This document shows positions 25,567 through 34,550 of a DNA stretch of 64,000 nt, one piece after another. The notes below the pieces were generated by a model, which saw nothing but the letters and a program-made list of their open reading frames with translations, did not search any database and had not been told where the DNA came from. Origin of the DNA: Alphaproteobacteria bacterium (GTDB taxonomy: Bacteria > Pseudomonadota > Alphaproteobacteria > UBA828); the NCBI GenBank assembly GCA_965221125.1, contig CBDCRW010000006.1, positions 512,001-576,000 of the forward strand, in the 5' to 3' direction. The first letter of the stretch is position 1, and the number at the start of each line of letters is the position of its first letter. The position numbers and the translations under genes are program-made.

Positions 25567-27996
25567 TTACGCGCGCAGCCGCTCGTTGGAAGGGTCGACC
25601 GGCGAGTTGGGGACGATCCGCGCCGGCCTCCGTTCTCCCAGAATCTCGACGGCGAGCCTGCGGCCCCGCACCGCGTGATTGCGGGCGACGTATCCGAGCG
25701 CGAGGCTGCGCCCCACCGTGTGGCCGTATGCGCCCGAGGTCGCGCGCCCAACCATGGTCTCCCCGTCGTAGATCGGCTCGTTGCCCCAGGGATCGGCGTC
25801 GTCCGCCTCCACCTCGAGGGTCACGAAGTCCTGCGGAACCCTTGCCTCGCGCTGGGCCACGAGCGCGTCCCGGCCCACGAACTCGCCCTTGTCCAGCGCA
25901 ACGAAACGATCCAGCCCGGCCTCGAAGGCCGAGTACTCGATGGTGAGATCCTGTCCCCACATGCGGTAGGATTTTTCGATCCTGAGTGAGTCCATCGCCC
26001 GCATGCCGCACATGGCGAGCCCGTGCGCGTCGCCGGCCTCCACCAGCGCATCGAAGATGCGGTTCTGGTACTCGATCGGGTGGTGCAGCTCCCAGCCCAG
26101 CTCGCCCACGAAGTTGACCCGCATGGCGACGGTGGGCGCCACGCCGATGGAGATGGTCTGCGCCGTGAGCCAGGGAAAGGCGGCGTTGGAGAGATCGGCG
26201 TCGGTCACCCGTGCCAGGATGTCGCGGGAGCGCGGGCCTGCCAGCACCAGCACCCCGTGGGCCGTCGTGATGTTCTCGATCGCAACCCCGTCGCCTGCCA
26301 CGGTGCGGCGCAGGAAGTCGTGGTCATAGCGCTCGGCCGCGCCCGAACTCACCAGGTAGAAGGATTCTGAGCCCTCGCGCATCACCGTGAACTCGGAGCG
26401 CACGCCGCCGGTCTCCGTCAGCGCATGGGCAAGCTTGAGCCGGCCTGCGGCCTTGGGCAGCCGGTTGGCGAGCACGCGGTCGAGCGCCGCCTCCGCCCGC
26501 GGTCCCGCAACTCGGAACTTGGAGAAGCTGGTGATGTCGATGAGCCCGGCGCGCTCGCGCACGGCCCGGCATTCCTCGCCCACGGGTCCGAAGTAGTTGG
26601 TGCGGCGGAAGCTCCAGTCGTCGCGCCCCTCCACACCCTCCGGCGCGAACCAGTTGGGCCGCTCCCAGCCGTAGCGCTGGCCCCAGACCGCGCCACGCGC
26701 CGCGAGCCTGTCGTGGCAGGGGCTGGTCTTGGCGGGCCGCGCCGCAGGCCGCTCCTCGTCCGGGTAGTGGACGATGAAGACGTGGGCGTAGGCCTCCTCG
26801 TTCTTGGCCTTGGTGTAGTTCTTGTTGGCGTAGGCGCCGAAGCGGCGGGGGTCGACCGCCAGCATGTCGATGGAGGGCTCGCCGTCGGCGATCCAGCCCG
26901 CAAGCTGCCAGCCTGCGCCGCCCGCAGCCGTGATGCCAAAGCTGAAGCCCTCGGCCAGCCAGAAGTTGGGGAGGCCGTAGGCCGGGCCGATGAGGGGGTT
27001 GCCGTCCGGCGTGTAGGGAATCGGGCCGTTGACGCAGTCCTTGATTCCCGCGCGGCCGAACATGGGCACGCGGTTGATCGCGGCCTCGATGTGGGGCTCC
27101 AACCGCTCGATATCCGGCGGCAGAAGCTCCTGGCCGAACGCCTCGGGCACCCCGTCCACGGCCCAGGCCGGCGCGTCCTTCTCATAAGGCCCGAGGATGA
27201 GGCCCTGGCGTTCCTCCCGCATGTAGTAAGAGGCGTCGCTCTCCCGCAGCACCGGCATCTCGGGCAGGCCCTGCGCCTTGCGCTCCTCCAGCTCCGGGAT
27301 GGTGTCGGTCACGATGTACTGGTGCTCCACCGGGATCGCCGGCAGGTCGAGGCCCACCATGGCGCCCACCTGCCGGGCCCAGGAGCCGGTGGCCGTCACC
27401 ACCGTCTCGCACCTGATGTCGCCCTGCGTGGTCTTCACCAGCCACTCGCCGGCGCGGGTGCGCTCGATGGCGGCGACCTCGGTGTTGCGGTTGATCTCCG
27501 CCCCCCGGTCGCGGGCGCCCTTCGCCAGCGCTTGCGTTACGTCCACCGGCGCCACGTGCCCGTCGTGGGGGTGGAAGAGGGCGCCCACCAGCCCGTCCAG
27601 GTTGCAGAGCGGCCAGAGGTCGCCGATCTCGTTGGGGCCGATCAGCTCGAAGGGGACGCCGATGGTGTTCGCGGTGCCGCAGTAGTTGCGGTACTCGTCC
27701 ATGCGTTCCTGGTTGGTGGCGAGCCTGAGATTGCCGGTGCGATGGAAGCTCACCGCCTGGCCGGTCTCTTCCTCGAGCTGCTGGTAGAGGTCGATCGAGT
27801 ACTTGTGCAGCTGGCCGACGCTGTAGCTCATGTTGAAGAGCGGCAAGAGCCCTGCCGCGTGCCAGGTGGAGCCGGCGGTAAGCTCGGTCTTCTCGACCAG
27901 CACCACGTCGGACCAGCCGAGCTTCGCCAAGTGGTAGAGCACGCTGCAGCCGACGATGCCGCCGCCGATCACCACCACCCGCGCCTGATCTCTCAT
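25567..27996 (-). CDS. Dimethylglycine/sarcosine dehydrogenase-like protein (FAD oxidoreductase + GcvT domain)
   Basis: VIGGGIVG, GSTWHAAG (flavinylation His), NGPIPYTPDG, GWERPNWF, VGELGWELH, LRIEKSY. Confidence 0.92.
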   Translation of the reverse strand: MRDQARVVVIGGGIVGCSVLYHLAKLGWSDVVLVEKTELTAGSTWHAAGLLPLFNMSYSVGQLHKYSIDLYQQLEEETGQAVSFHRTGNLRLATNQERMDEYRNYCGTANTIGVPFELIGPNEIGDLWPLCNLDGLVGALFHPHDGHVAPVDVTQALAKGARDRGAEINRNTEVAAIERTRAGEWLVKTTQGDIRCETVVTATGSWARQVGAMVGLDLPAIPVEHQYIVTDTIPELEERKAQGLPEMPVLRESDASYYMREERQGLILGPYEKDAPAWAVDGVPEAFGQELLPPDIERLEPHIEAAINRVPMFGRAGIKDCVNGPIPYTPDGNPLIGPAYGLPNFWLAEGFSFGITAAGGAGWQLAGWIADGEPSIDMLAVDPRRFGAYANKNYTKAKNEEAYAHVFIVHYPDEERPAARPAKTSPCHDRLAARGAVWGQRYGWERPNWFAPEGVEGRDDWSFRRTNYFGPVGEECRAVRERAGLIDITSFSKFRVAGPRAEAALDRVLANRLPKAAGRLKLAHALTETGGVRSEFTVMREGSESFYLVSSGAAERYDHDFLRRTVAGDGVAIENITTAHGVLVLAGPRSRDILARVTDADLSNAAFPWLTAQTISIGVAPTVAMRVNFVGELGWELHHPIEYQNRIFDALVEAGDAHGLAMCGMRAMDSLRIEKSYRMWGQDLTIEYSAFEAGLDRFVALDKGEFVGRDALVAQREARVPQDFVTLEVEADDADPWGNEPIYDGETMVGRATSGAYGHTVGRSLALGYVARNHAVRGRRLAVEILGERRPARIVPNSPVDPSNERLRA

Positions 27997-28132
27997 GCCA
28001 GGGCCTCTTCCCGCACCGCGCGCCCATGCCTTGGGCGGGCGCACCCTATCACGCGCGGGCGCCCGACAGCATGTGCATCCAGGCCGTTACATGGTTTCTG
28101 CACCGTTGACCGGAGGGCCGTTTCGCTCACCA

Positions 28133-28275
28133 TGAGCGTTTCCGTTTTGCACGGAAACGCTCTATGCATTTTTCGCTCACGGCAGTTGGCCTGCGGCCAA
28201 CGCCTGCGCGGGCGCGCCGCATACGCGGCGGGCCGCTGTCGCGGCCTGTCGCGCGTCCGTCGAAGCCGGACGCGC
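28133..28275 (+). repeat. Multi-hairpin dispersed repeat element, copy A
   Basis: Homologous to the reverse complement of 30863-31005; at least five stems. Confidence 0.85.
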
Positions 28276-28308
28276 TCATGAATTCGTACCCTCGTGTGGA
28301 GACGCCGC

Positions 28309-29259
28309 GTGCCTGACCTGATCGCGATCGGAGAGCCCCTCGTCGAATTCGCCGCGGAATCGGCCGGCCGGCTGGGCGACGTCGATCGCTTCCGCGCCGG
28401 CTGGGGCGGGGACACGGCCAACTTCGCGCTCGCGGCCGCGCGCCTGGGCGGCGCCTGCGGCTACATTACGCGGGTGGGGCAGGATGCCTTCGGCGCGGCC
28501 TTCGTCGCGATGCTGGAGACGCACGGCGTCGACGCGAGCCGGGTGAAGGCCGACGCGGACCACCACACCGGCCTCTATTTCGTCACCTACTCGGAGGAAC
28601 GGGAACACCGCTTCGACTACGTGCGCCGGGGCTCGGCGTCGAGCCATCTCTCGGGCGCCGATATCGACCCGGACTACGTGGCCGGCGCCAAGGTCCTGCA
28701 CGCGAGCGGCATCTCGCAAGCGATCTCCCGCTCGTGCGCGGACGCGATCCGCCTGGCGATGGAAATCGCGCGAAAGGCGGGCACCACCGTCAGCTACGAC
28801 GCCAACGTGCGCCCGGTGCTCGGGGAGCGCGACACCTTGCGCCAGAACTTCGAGGCCGCCGTGGCGCTCGCCGACATCGTGTTCGTGAGCGAGGACGATG
28901 CCACCCACCTGTATGGCGACACCCCGCTCGAGACCGTTCTCGACCGCATCGTGGGGGAGCGGCCCCGGCTCGCGGTGGCGAAGCTCGGGGCCGACGGCTG
29001 TCTCATCAGAAGCGAGGCCGGAGAGCGTTGTCACGTTCCGGCCTGGAGGGTCGATGCGGTCGACGCCACCGGGGCGGGCGATGCGTTCAGCGCCGGCTTT
29101 GTCCTGTCGCTGCTCCGCGGCGCGGAACTCGCCGAGGCGGGGCGCTACGCGAATGCCGTGGGCGCGCTCACCGCATCGGGCGTCGGCGCCATCGCGCCCC
29201 AGCCGAGCCATGCCGAGGTGACGGCCCTCATGGCGGAACAGTCACCCGGCCTGCGCTGA
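28309..29259 (+). CDS. PfkB family sugar kinase (2-dehydro-3-deoxygluconokinase-like)
   Basis: IGEPLVEF, GGDTAN, TGLYF, SYDANVRP, DATGAGDAF. GTG 28309 follows GGAG. Confidence 0.88.
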   Translation: MPDLIAIGEPLVEFAAESAGRLGDVDRFRAGWGGDTANFALAAARLGGACGYITRVGQDAFGAAFVAMLETHGVDASRVKADADHHTGLYFVTYSEEREHRFDYVRRGSASSHLSGADIDPDYVAGAKVLHASGISQAISRSCADAIRLAMEIARKAGTTVSYDANVRPVLGERDTLRQNFEAAVALADIVFVSEDDATHLYGDTPLETVLDRIVGERPRLAVAKLGADGCLIRSEAGERCHVPAWRVDAVDATGAGDAFSAGFVLSLLRGAELAEAGRYANAVGALTASGVGAIAPQPSHAEVTALMAEQSPGLR

Positions 29260-29286
29260 GATACGGCGAATGATAGAGTGGTAGCC

Positions 29287-30087
29287 ATGTCAGGACGTCT
29301 CGACGGCAAGGTCGCGTTGGTCACGGGTGCGGGCTCGGTCGGCCCCGGCTGGGGCAACGGCCGCGCCACCGCCGTGTTGTTCGCCCGCGAGGGCGCGCGG
29401 GTCGTCGCGCTCGACCGTGACACGGCCGCCGCCGAGGCGACGCGGCAGATCATCGAGAGCGAGGGCTACGCCTGCGCCGTCGAGACCGCCGACGTCACCG
29501 ACAGGGGCCAGATCGAGCAAGTGATCGCCACGGTCTGCGAGCACTGGGGCGCGCTGCACGTGCTCGTCAACAACGTCGGCGGCTCGGTGCCGGGCGGGCC
29601 GGTCGAGCTGAGCGAGGAGGACTGGGCCGCGCAGCTCGACTTCAACCTCACCAGCGCCTTCCTCACCACCAAGTGCGTGCTCCCGGTGATGGAAGCGCAG
29701 GGTGCGGGCGCCATCGTGAACATCTCCTCGGTGGCGGGGCTCCGCTTCATCGGCAACCACCACGCGGCCTATGCGGCGGCGAAGGCGGGGCTGGTGCAGT
29801 TCACCAAGGCGGTCGCCGTGCAGTACGCTGGGCGCGGCGTGCGCTGCAACTCGATCTCCGTCGGCCTCATGCACACGCCGCTGGTGGAGGCGCGGCTCGC
29901 GAGCCAGTACGGTGCGGGCGACCTCCAGGCCCTGGTCGCGAAGCGCCACGCCCAGGTGCCCATGGGCCGCATGGGTTCCGGCTGGGACGTGGCCCACGCG
30001 GCGCTCTACCTGGCTTCCGACGATGCCGGCTACGTCACCGCGGCCGATCTGGTCGTGGACGGCGGGCTCACCGCGAAGTGCGACTGA
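29287..30087 (+). CDS. SDR oxidoreductase
   Basis: TGAGSVGPGWGNG, NNVG, YAAAK, LVVDGG. Confidence 0.92.
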   Translation: MSGRLDGKVALVTGAGSVGPGWGNGRATAVLFAREGARVVALDRDTAAAEATRQIIESEGYACAVETADVTDRGQIEQVIATVCEHWGALHVLVNNVGGSVPGGPVELSEEDWAAQLDFNLTSAFLTTKCVLPVMEAQGAGAIVNISSVAGLRFIGNHHAAYAAAKAGLVQFTKAVAVQYAGRGVRCNSISVGLMHTPLVEARLASQYGAGDLQALVAKRHAQVPMGRMGSGWDVAHAALYLASDDAGYVTAADLVVDGGLTAKCD

Positions 30088-30097
30088 CCAGGCGCCC

Positions 30098-30862
30098 GTG
30101 ATCGAGGGGATCGCGCGCCGCGACCGGCTGGTGGTGCTGGCCGGCCTCGTCGCAGCCGCGGCGCTCGCCTGGTTCTACCTCATCGACATGGCCCTCGACA
30201 TGGGGGGCGACATGGCCGTCGGCAGCGGCGCCATGATGCGGATGCAGGCGTGGAGCCTCGCCCACGGCCTCCTCATGTGGGCCATGTGGGCGGTGATGAT
30301 GGTGGCGATGATGGTGCCGAGCGCGGCGCCCATGATCCTCATCTTCGCCCGTGTGGACCGCTCGAAGGGCGCCGGACGCCCGTTTGCCGCCACCACGCTC
30401 TTCGCGCTCGGCTACGTGGCGGTCTGGGCGGGGTTCAGCGTGGCTGCGACGGCGATGCAGTGGGGGCTGCAGAGCGCGGCGCTGCTCTCACCGATGATGG
30501 TCGCCACCAGCACGATCCTCGGCGGCGTCCTGTTCATCGCCGCGGGCGTCTATCAATGGACGCCGCTCAAGTACGCCTGCCTCAGGCACTGCCGCTCGCC
30601 CATGGCCTTCATCATGGGGCACTGGCGGCCGGGCAGGTGGGGCGCCTTGCGCATGGGGCTCGGCCACGGCGCCTTCTGCCTCGGCTGCTGCGGCTTCGTG
30701 ATGGGGCTTCTCTTCGTCGGCGGGGTGATGAACCTCGCCTGGGTGGCGGCGATCACGGTCTTCGTCGTCGCCGAGAAGCTCGCGCCGAGGGGTGAGTGGG
30801 TGGCGCGCGCCGGCGGCGTCGCCATGGTCGCCGCCGGCATCTACCTCCTGGCGGCGAGTTAG
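30098..30862 (+). CDS. Predicted metal-binding integral membrane protein (DUF2182-like)
   Basis: MWAVMMVAMMVPS, YQWTPLKYACLRHCRSP, CLGCC, GGVMN, EK. Confidence 0.85.
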   Translation: MIEGIARRDRLVVLAGLVAAAALAWFYLIDMALDMGGDMAVGSGAMMRMQAWSLAHGLLMWAMWAVMMVAMMVPSAAPMILIFARVDRSKGAGRPFAATTLFALGYVAVWAGFSVAATAMQWGLQSAALLSPMMVATSTILGGVLFIAAGVYQWTPLKYACLRHCRSPMAFIMGHWRPGRWGALRMGLGHGAFCLGCCGFVMGLLFVGGVMNLAWVAAITVFVVAEKLAPRGEWVARAGGVAMVAAGIYLLAAS

Positions 30863-31005
30863 CCCGAGGCCGACTTTGTCGGACTCGGGACAGGCCGCGA
30901 CCGCGGCCCGCCGCGAATGCGGCGCCCTCGCGGAGGCGCCGGCCGCAGGCCGGCTGCCGTGAGCGAAAAATTCCTGGAGCGCTTCCGCCTAACGCGAAAC
31001 GTTCA
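30863..31005 (-). repeat. Multi-hairpin dispersed repeat element, copy B (inverted relative to copy A)
   Basis: Ungapped 108-nt core 30864-30971 matches 28168-28275 with 17 mismatches by hand count. Confidence 0.85.
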
Positions 31006-31013
31006 AGACGCGC

Positions 31014-31802
31014 CTACCGCGCGGTCGTGCCGCCGTCGACGGGGAGCAGAGTGCCGGTGACGAAGGCGGCGGCATCCGAGGCGAGGTACATCACCGCGTG
31101 GGCGATATCCACGGGCTGGCCCACCTTGCCGAGCGGAATGTGCTCCTTGAGCTTCTCGCGGATTTCGGCCGAGGAGAGGTCGAGGTGCGCCCAGCCGAGG
31201 TCGGTCATCGGCGTGTCGATATCGCCGGGGCAGACCGCGTTGACGCGGATGCCGTCGCGCGCGTGATCCATCGCCATGCACTTGGTCAGCATGGCGATGG
31301 CGCCCTTGGTCGCGCTGTAGGCGGGCAGGCGCTCGTAGGCGATCAACCCGCATTCCGACGACATGTTGATGATCGCCCCGCCCTCGCCCTGCGCCTTCAT
31401 GCGGCGCACGGCGGCGCGCGCCATGAAGAAGCTGCCGCTCACGTTGATGCCGATCAGGTGGTCCCAATCGCCGTCCGACATCTCGTCGATCGGCCCGTGC
31501 AGGCAGATGCCGGCGTTGTTGAAGAGGACGTCGAGCCGGCCGAAACGGTCTGCCGTCTCCTCCACCAGCCGGTCGCAGTAGGCGGAGTCCGCCACGTCGC
31601 CGAGGCTGAGCGCCGCGCTGCCACCTTTGCTAGTGATCGCATCCAGCACCGCGCCGCCCCGCGCCGCATCGCGCCCGTTGAGCATGACGTTGGCGCCGTG
31701 GGCGGCGAAGGCCTTGGCGGTGCCCTCGCCGATCCCGGAAGTGGCGCCGGTGACGAGGACCGTCCGGCCGGCGAACGCATCGTTGGCGAAGACTGAGGTC
31801 AT
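31014..31802 (-). CDS. SDR oxidoreductase
   Basis: TGATSGIG, NNAG, YSATK, VNAVCPG, VDGG. Confidence 0.92.
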   Translation of the reverse strand: MTSVFANDAFAGRTVLVTGATSGIGEGTAKAFAAHGANVMLNGRDAARGGAVLDAITSKGGSAALSLGDVADSAYCDRLVEETADRFGRLDVLFNNAGICLHGPIDEMSDGDWDHLIGINVSGSFFMARAAVRRMKAQGEGGAIINMSSECGLIAYERLPAYSATKGAIAMLTKCMAMDHARDGIRVNAVCPGDIDTPMTDLGWAHLDLSSAEIREKLKEHIPLGKVGQPVDIAHAVMYLASDAAAFVTGTLLPVDGGTTAR

Positions 31803-31908
31803 GGGAGCCTCCCTGTTGGCGGGCCGCGGTTTCGGCCTCTAACGCGTCCGTCATCGGCGGACGCTCTCAGAACGGACTATCCGCCGCGGCGTCCGATCTC
31901 GGCGTCGT

Positions 31909-33342
31909 TCAGGCGTCGGTGCCGCCCACGGTGATGGGGTCGACGAGCAGCGTCGGCAGGCCGACGCCCACCGGCACGCCCTGCCCGTTCTTGCCGCAGG
32001 TGCCGATGCCGGTATCCAGCGCGAAGTCGTTGCCGATGGCGGCGACGCGGGTGAGCACGTCGGGACCGTTGCCGATGAGGCTCGCGCCCTTGAGCGGCGC
32101 CGTCGTCCTGCCGTCCTCGATCAGGTAGGCCTCGGCGGCCGAGAACACGAACTTGCCGGACGTGATGTCCACCTGGCCGCCGCTGAAGTTCTTGGCGTAG
32201 ATGCCCTTGCTCACCCGGCCGATGATCTCGTCGGGATCGTCGGCGCCGTCCAGCATGAAGGTGTTGGTCATGCGCGGCATGGGCGCATGGGCGAAGCTCT
32301 CGCGCCGGCCGTTGCCGGTGGGCTCCATGCCCATGAGCCGCGCGTTCATGCGGTCCTGCAGGTAGCCGCGCAGGATGCCGTCCTCGATCAGCACGGTGCG
32401 CCCGGTGGGCGTGCCCTCGTCGTCCACCGTGAGCGAGCCGCGGCGGTCGTCGATGGCGCCGTCGTCCACCACCGTCACCCCCGGCGAGGCCACGCGCTTG
32501 CCGAGAAGGCCGGAGAAGGCGCTGGTCTTCTTGCGGTTGAAGTCGCCTTCGAGGCCGTGGCCGATGGCCTCGTGCAGCAGGATGCCGGGCCAGCCGGGGC
32601 CGAGCACCACCGGCATCTCGCCGGCGGGTGTCGCGACGGATTCGAGGTTGACCAGCGCCTGGCGGAGCGCCTCGTCCACCTGCGCCTGCCAGCGCCCGGG
32701 CGCGAGGAACTCGTCGTAGACCGCGCGCCCGCCCACGCCTTGCGAGCCGGTCTCCTGCCGCTCGCCCTCGCCCACCATGACGGAAACGTTGAGGCGGACG
32801 AGCGGGCGCACGTCTGAGGCGCGGCTGCCGTCGGCGCGGACGATCTCCACCGCCTGCCAGGAGCCGAGCAGCGACGCCATCACCTGCCGCACCCTTGGCT
32901 CCTTGGCTCTGGCGTACGCGTCGATCTCCGCCAGCAGCGCGACCTTGTCGTCGAAGGGTGTGCCGTCCAGCGGGTTGTCGTCCACGTAGAGCGAGCGGTT
33001 GGTGCGGGACGGCGCCGCCGCCATGGTGCCGCCGTGGCCGCTGCGGACCGCACGAACCGTGGCGGACGCCCGCTTGAGCGCGTCCTCGCCGAGCTCGCCG
33101 GCATGGGCGTACGCCGTCGTCTCGCCGGAGACCGCCCGCAGGCCGAAACCCTGGTGGGTATCGAAGCTCGCACTCTTGAGGCGGCCGTCGTCGAAGGAGA
33201 AGCTCTCGCTCTGGCGGTATTCGAGGAAGAGCTCGCCGTCGTCGGCGCCGTTTAGCGCGTCCGCGACGATCCCCTCCGTTCGCGGCCGGTCGAGCCCTGC
33301 GCGATTGAAGAAGATCTCGTCGGTGACGGCATCTCGGCTCAT
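31909..33342 (-). CDS. tldD: Metalloprotease TldD
   Basis: GPGWPGILLHEAIGHGLEGDFNRK, PRMTNT, GTCGKNGQGVPVGVG. Confidence 0.95.
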   Translation of the reverse strand: MSRDAVTDEIFFNRAGLDRPRTEGIVADALNGADDGELFLEYRQSESFSFDDGRLKSASFDTHQGFGLRAVSGETTAYAHAGELGEDALKRASATVRAVRSGHGGTMAAAPSRTNRSLYVDDNPLDGTPFDDKVALLAEIDAYARAKEPRVRQVMASLLGSWQAVEIVRADGSRASDVRPLVRLNVSVMVGEGERQETGSQGVGGRAVYDEFLAPGRWQAQVDEALRQALVNLESVATPAGEMPVVLGPGWPGILLHEAIGHGLEGDFNRKKTSAFSGLLGKRVASPGVTVVDDGAIDDRRGSLTVDDEGTPTGRTVLIEDGILRGYLQDRMNARLMGMEPTGNGRRESFAHAPMPRMTNTFMLDGADDPDEIIGRVSKGIYAKNFSGGQVDITSGKFVFSAAEAYLIEDGRTTAPLKGASLIGNGPDVLTRVAAIGNDFALDTGIGTCGKNGQGVPVGVGLPTLLVDPITVGGTDA

Positions 33343-33683
33343 CGGGCTCGTCCTTACGTTCTTGCGCGCCGTCGCGCGCGAGCGTTCGTTGCGCGCCGCT
33401 ACGCGCAGGCCTTCCGGGGCGGCCTCTACACAGACGCAGGCCGCACCATCCCGAAGAATTGGCGACGCATCGGCCCGCCGTCAATGCGGGGCTTCAAGAG
33501 GGCTTCAAAAACGGCGGGGTGCATGGTAGGACCCTCGCGTCTTGTATGCAGCGGACGGCGCGACAACGGCCGCGTCGTACGGCCGCGTGCGGAGTGACTT
33601 GGCTGCCGGAGGGCCACGCCTGCGATCCATGGGGTGGACCGGCGGTGATCGGGCGATTCCCGTCGAGCGGGTGGAGGAGTGTA

Positions 33684-34535
33684 GTGAGGCATCTCGCGAA
33701 ACTGGGCGCTTTGGGTGCCGGTCTCGCCGGCTTGGCTGGCGCCGCCGGAACGGCGCTGGCGCAGCAGCCGACGGACTGGGAGGTCGACTTTCAGACCGCC
33801 CTTTCGCCGTCGATGGAGCGCATCGTCGATTTCAACCTCATGGTGACGATCATCATCGTCATCATCACCGCCTTCGTGTTCGCCCTGATGGCGTGGATTG
33901 TGATCCGCTACAACAAGAAGCGGAACCCGGTACCCTCCAAGACCACCCACAACACCACGCTGGAGGTGATCTGGACCGTCGTGCCGGTGATCATCCTGCT
34001 CGTCATCGCGGTGCCCTCGTTCCGGCTCCTCTACTACACGGACCGGGTCGAGGAGGCCGACATGACGCTGAAGGCGATCGGCCACCAGTGGTACTGGTCC
34101 TACGAGTACCCGGACCACGGTGACTTCACCTTCGACGCCCTGATGCTGGAGGACGACGAGCTGGAGGAGGGTCAGCCCCGCCTGCTGGCGACCGACGAGG
34201 CGGTGGTGCTGCCGGTGGGCGCCAAGATCAGGCTGCTGACGACGGCCGACGACGTGATCCACTCCTGGGCCATCCCGGCGTTCGGCGTCAAGATGGATTC
34301 CGTGCCCGGCCGGGTCAACGAGACCTGGTTCCAGATCAACCGCGAGGGCATGTATTACGGGCAATGCTCGGAGCTCTGCGGCACGCTGCACGGCTTCATG
34401 CCGATCATGATCGAAGCGGTGTCGCAGGAGGAATTCGACGCCTGGGTGGAATTCGCGCGAGAAGAATTCGCCTCGGCGGACGATACGCCCACCGAGGTTG
34501 CATCGCTCGACGCCAGCGCGCCTCTGGCGCGCTGA
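33684..34535 (+). CDS. coxB: Cytochrome c oxidase subunit II
   Basis: GHQWYWSYEY, DVIHSW, CuA motif GQCSELCGTLHGFMP. GTG 33684 follows GGAGGA. Confidence 0.96.
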   Translation: MRHLAKLGALGAGLAGLAGAAGTALAQQPTDWEVDFQTALSPSMERIVDFNLMVTIIIVIITAFVFALMAWIVIRYNKKRNPVPSKTTHNTTLEVIWTVVPVIILLVIAVPSFRLLYYTDRVEEADMTLKAIGHQWYWSYEYPDHGDFTFDALMLEDDELEEGQPRLLATDEAVVLPVGAKIRLLTTADDVIHSWAIPAFGVKMDSVPGRVNETWFQINREGMYYGQCSELCGTLHGFMPIMIEAVSQEEFDAWVEFAREEFASADDTPTEVASLDASAPLAR

Positions 34536-34550
34536 GGAAGGAGAGAGGCC

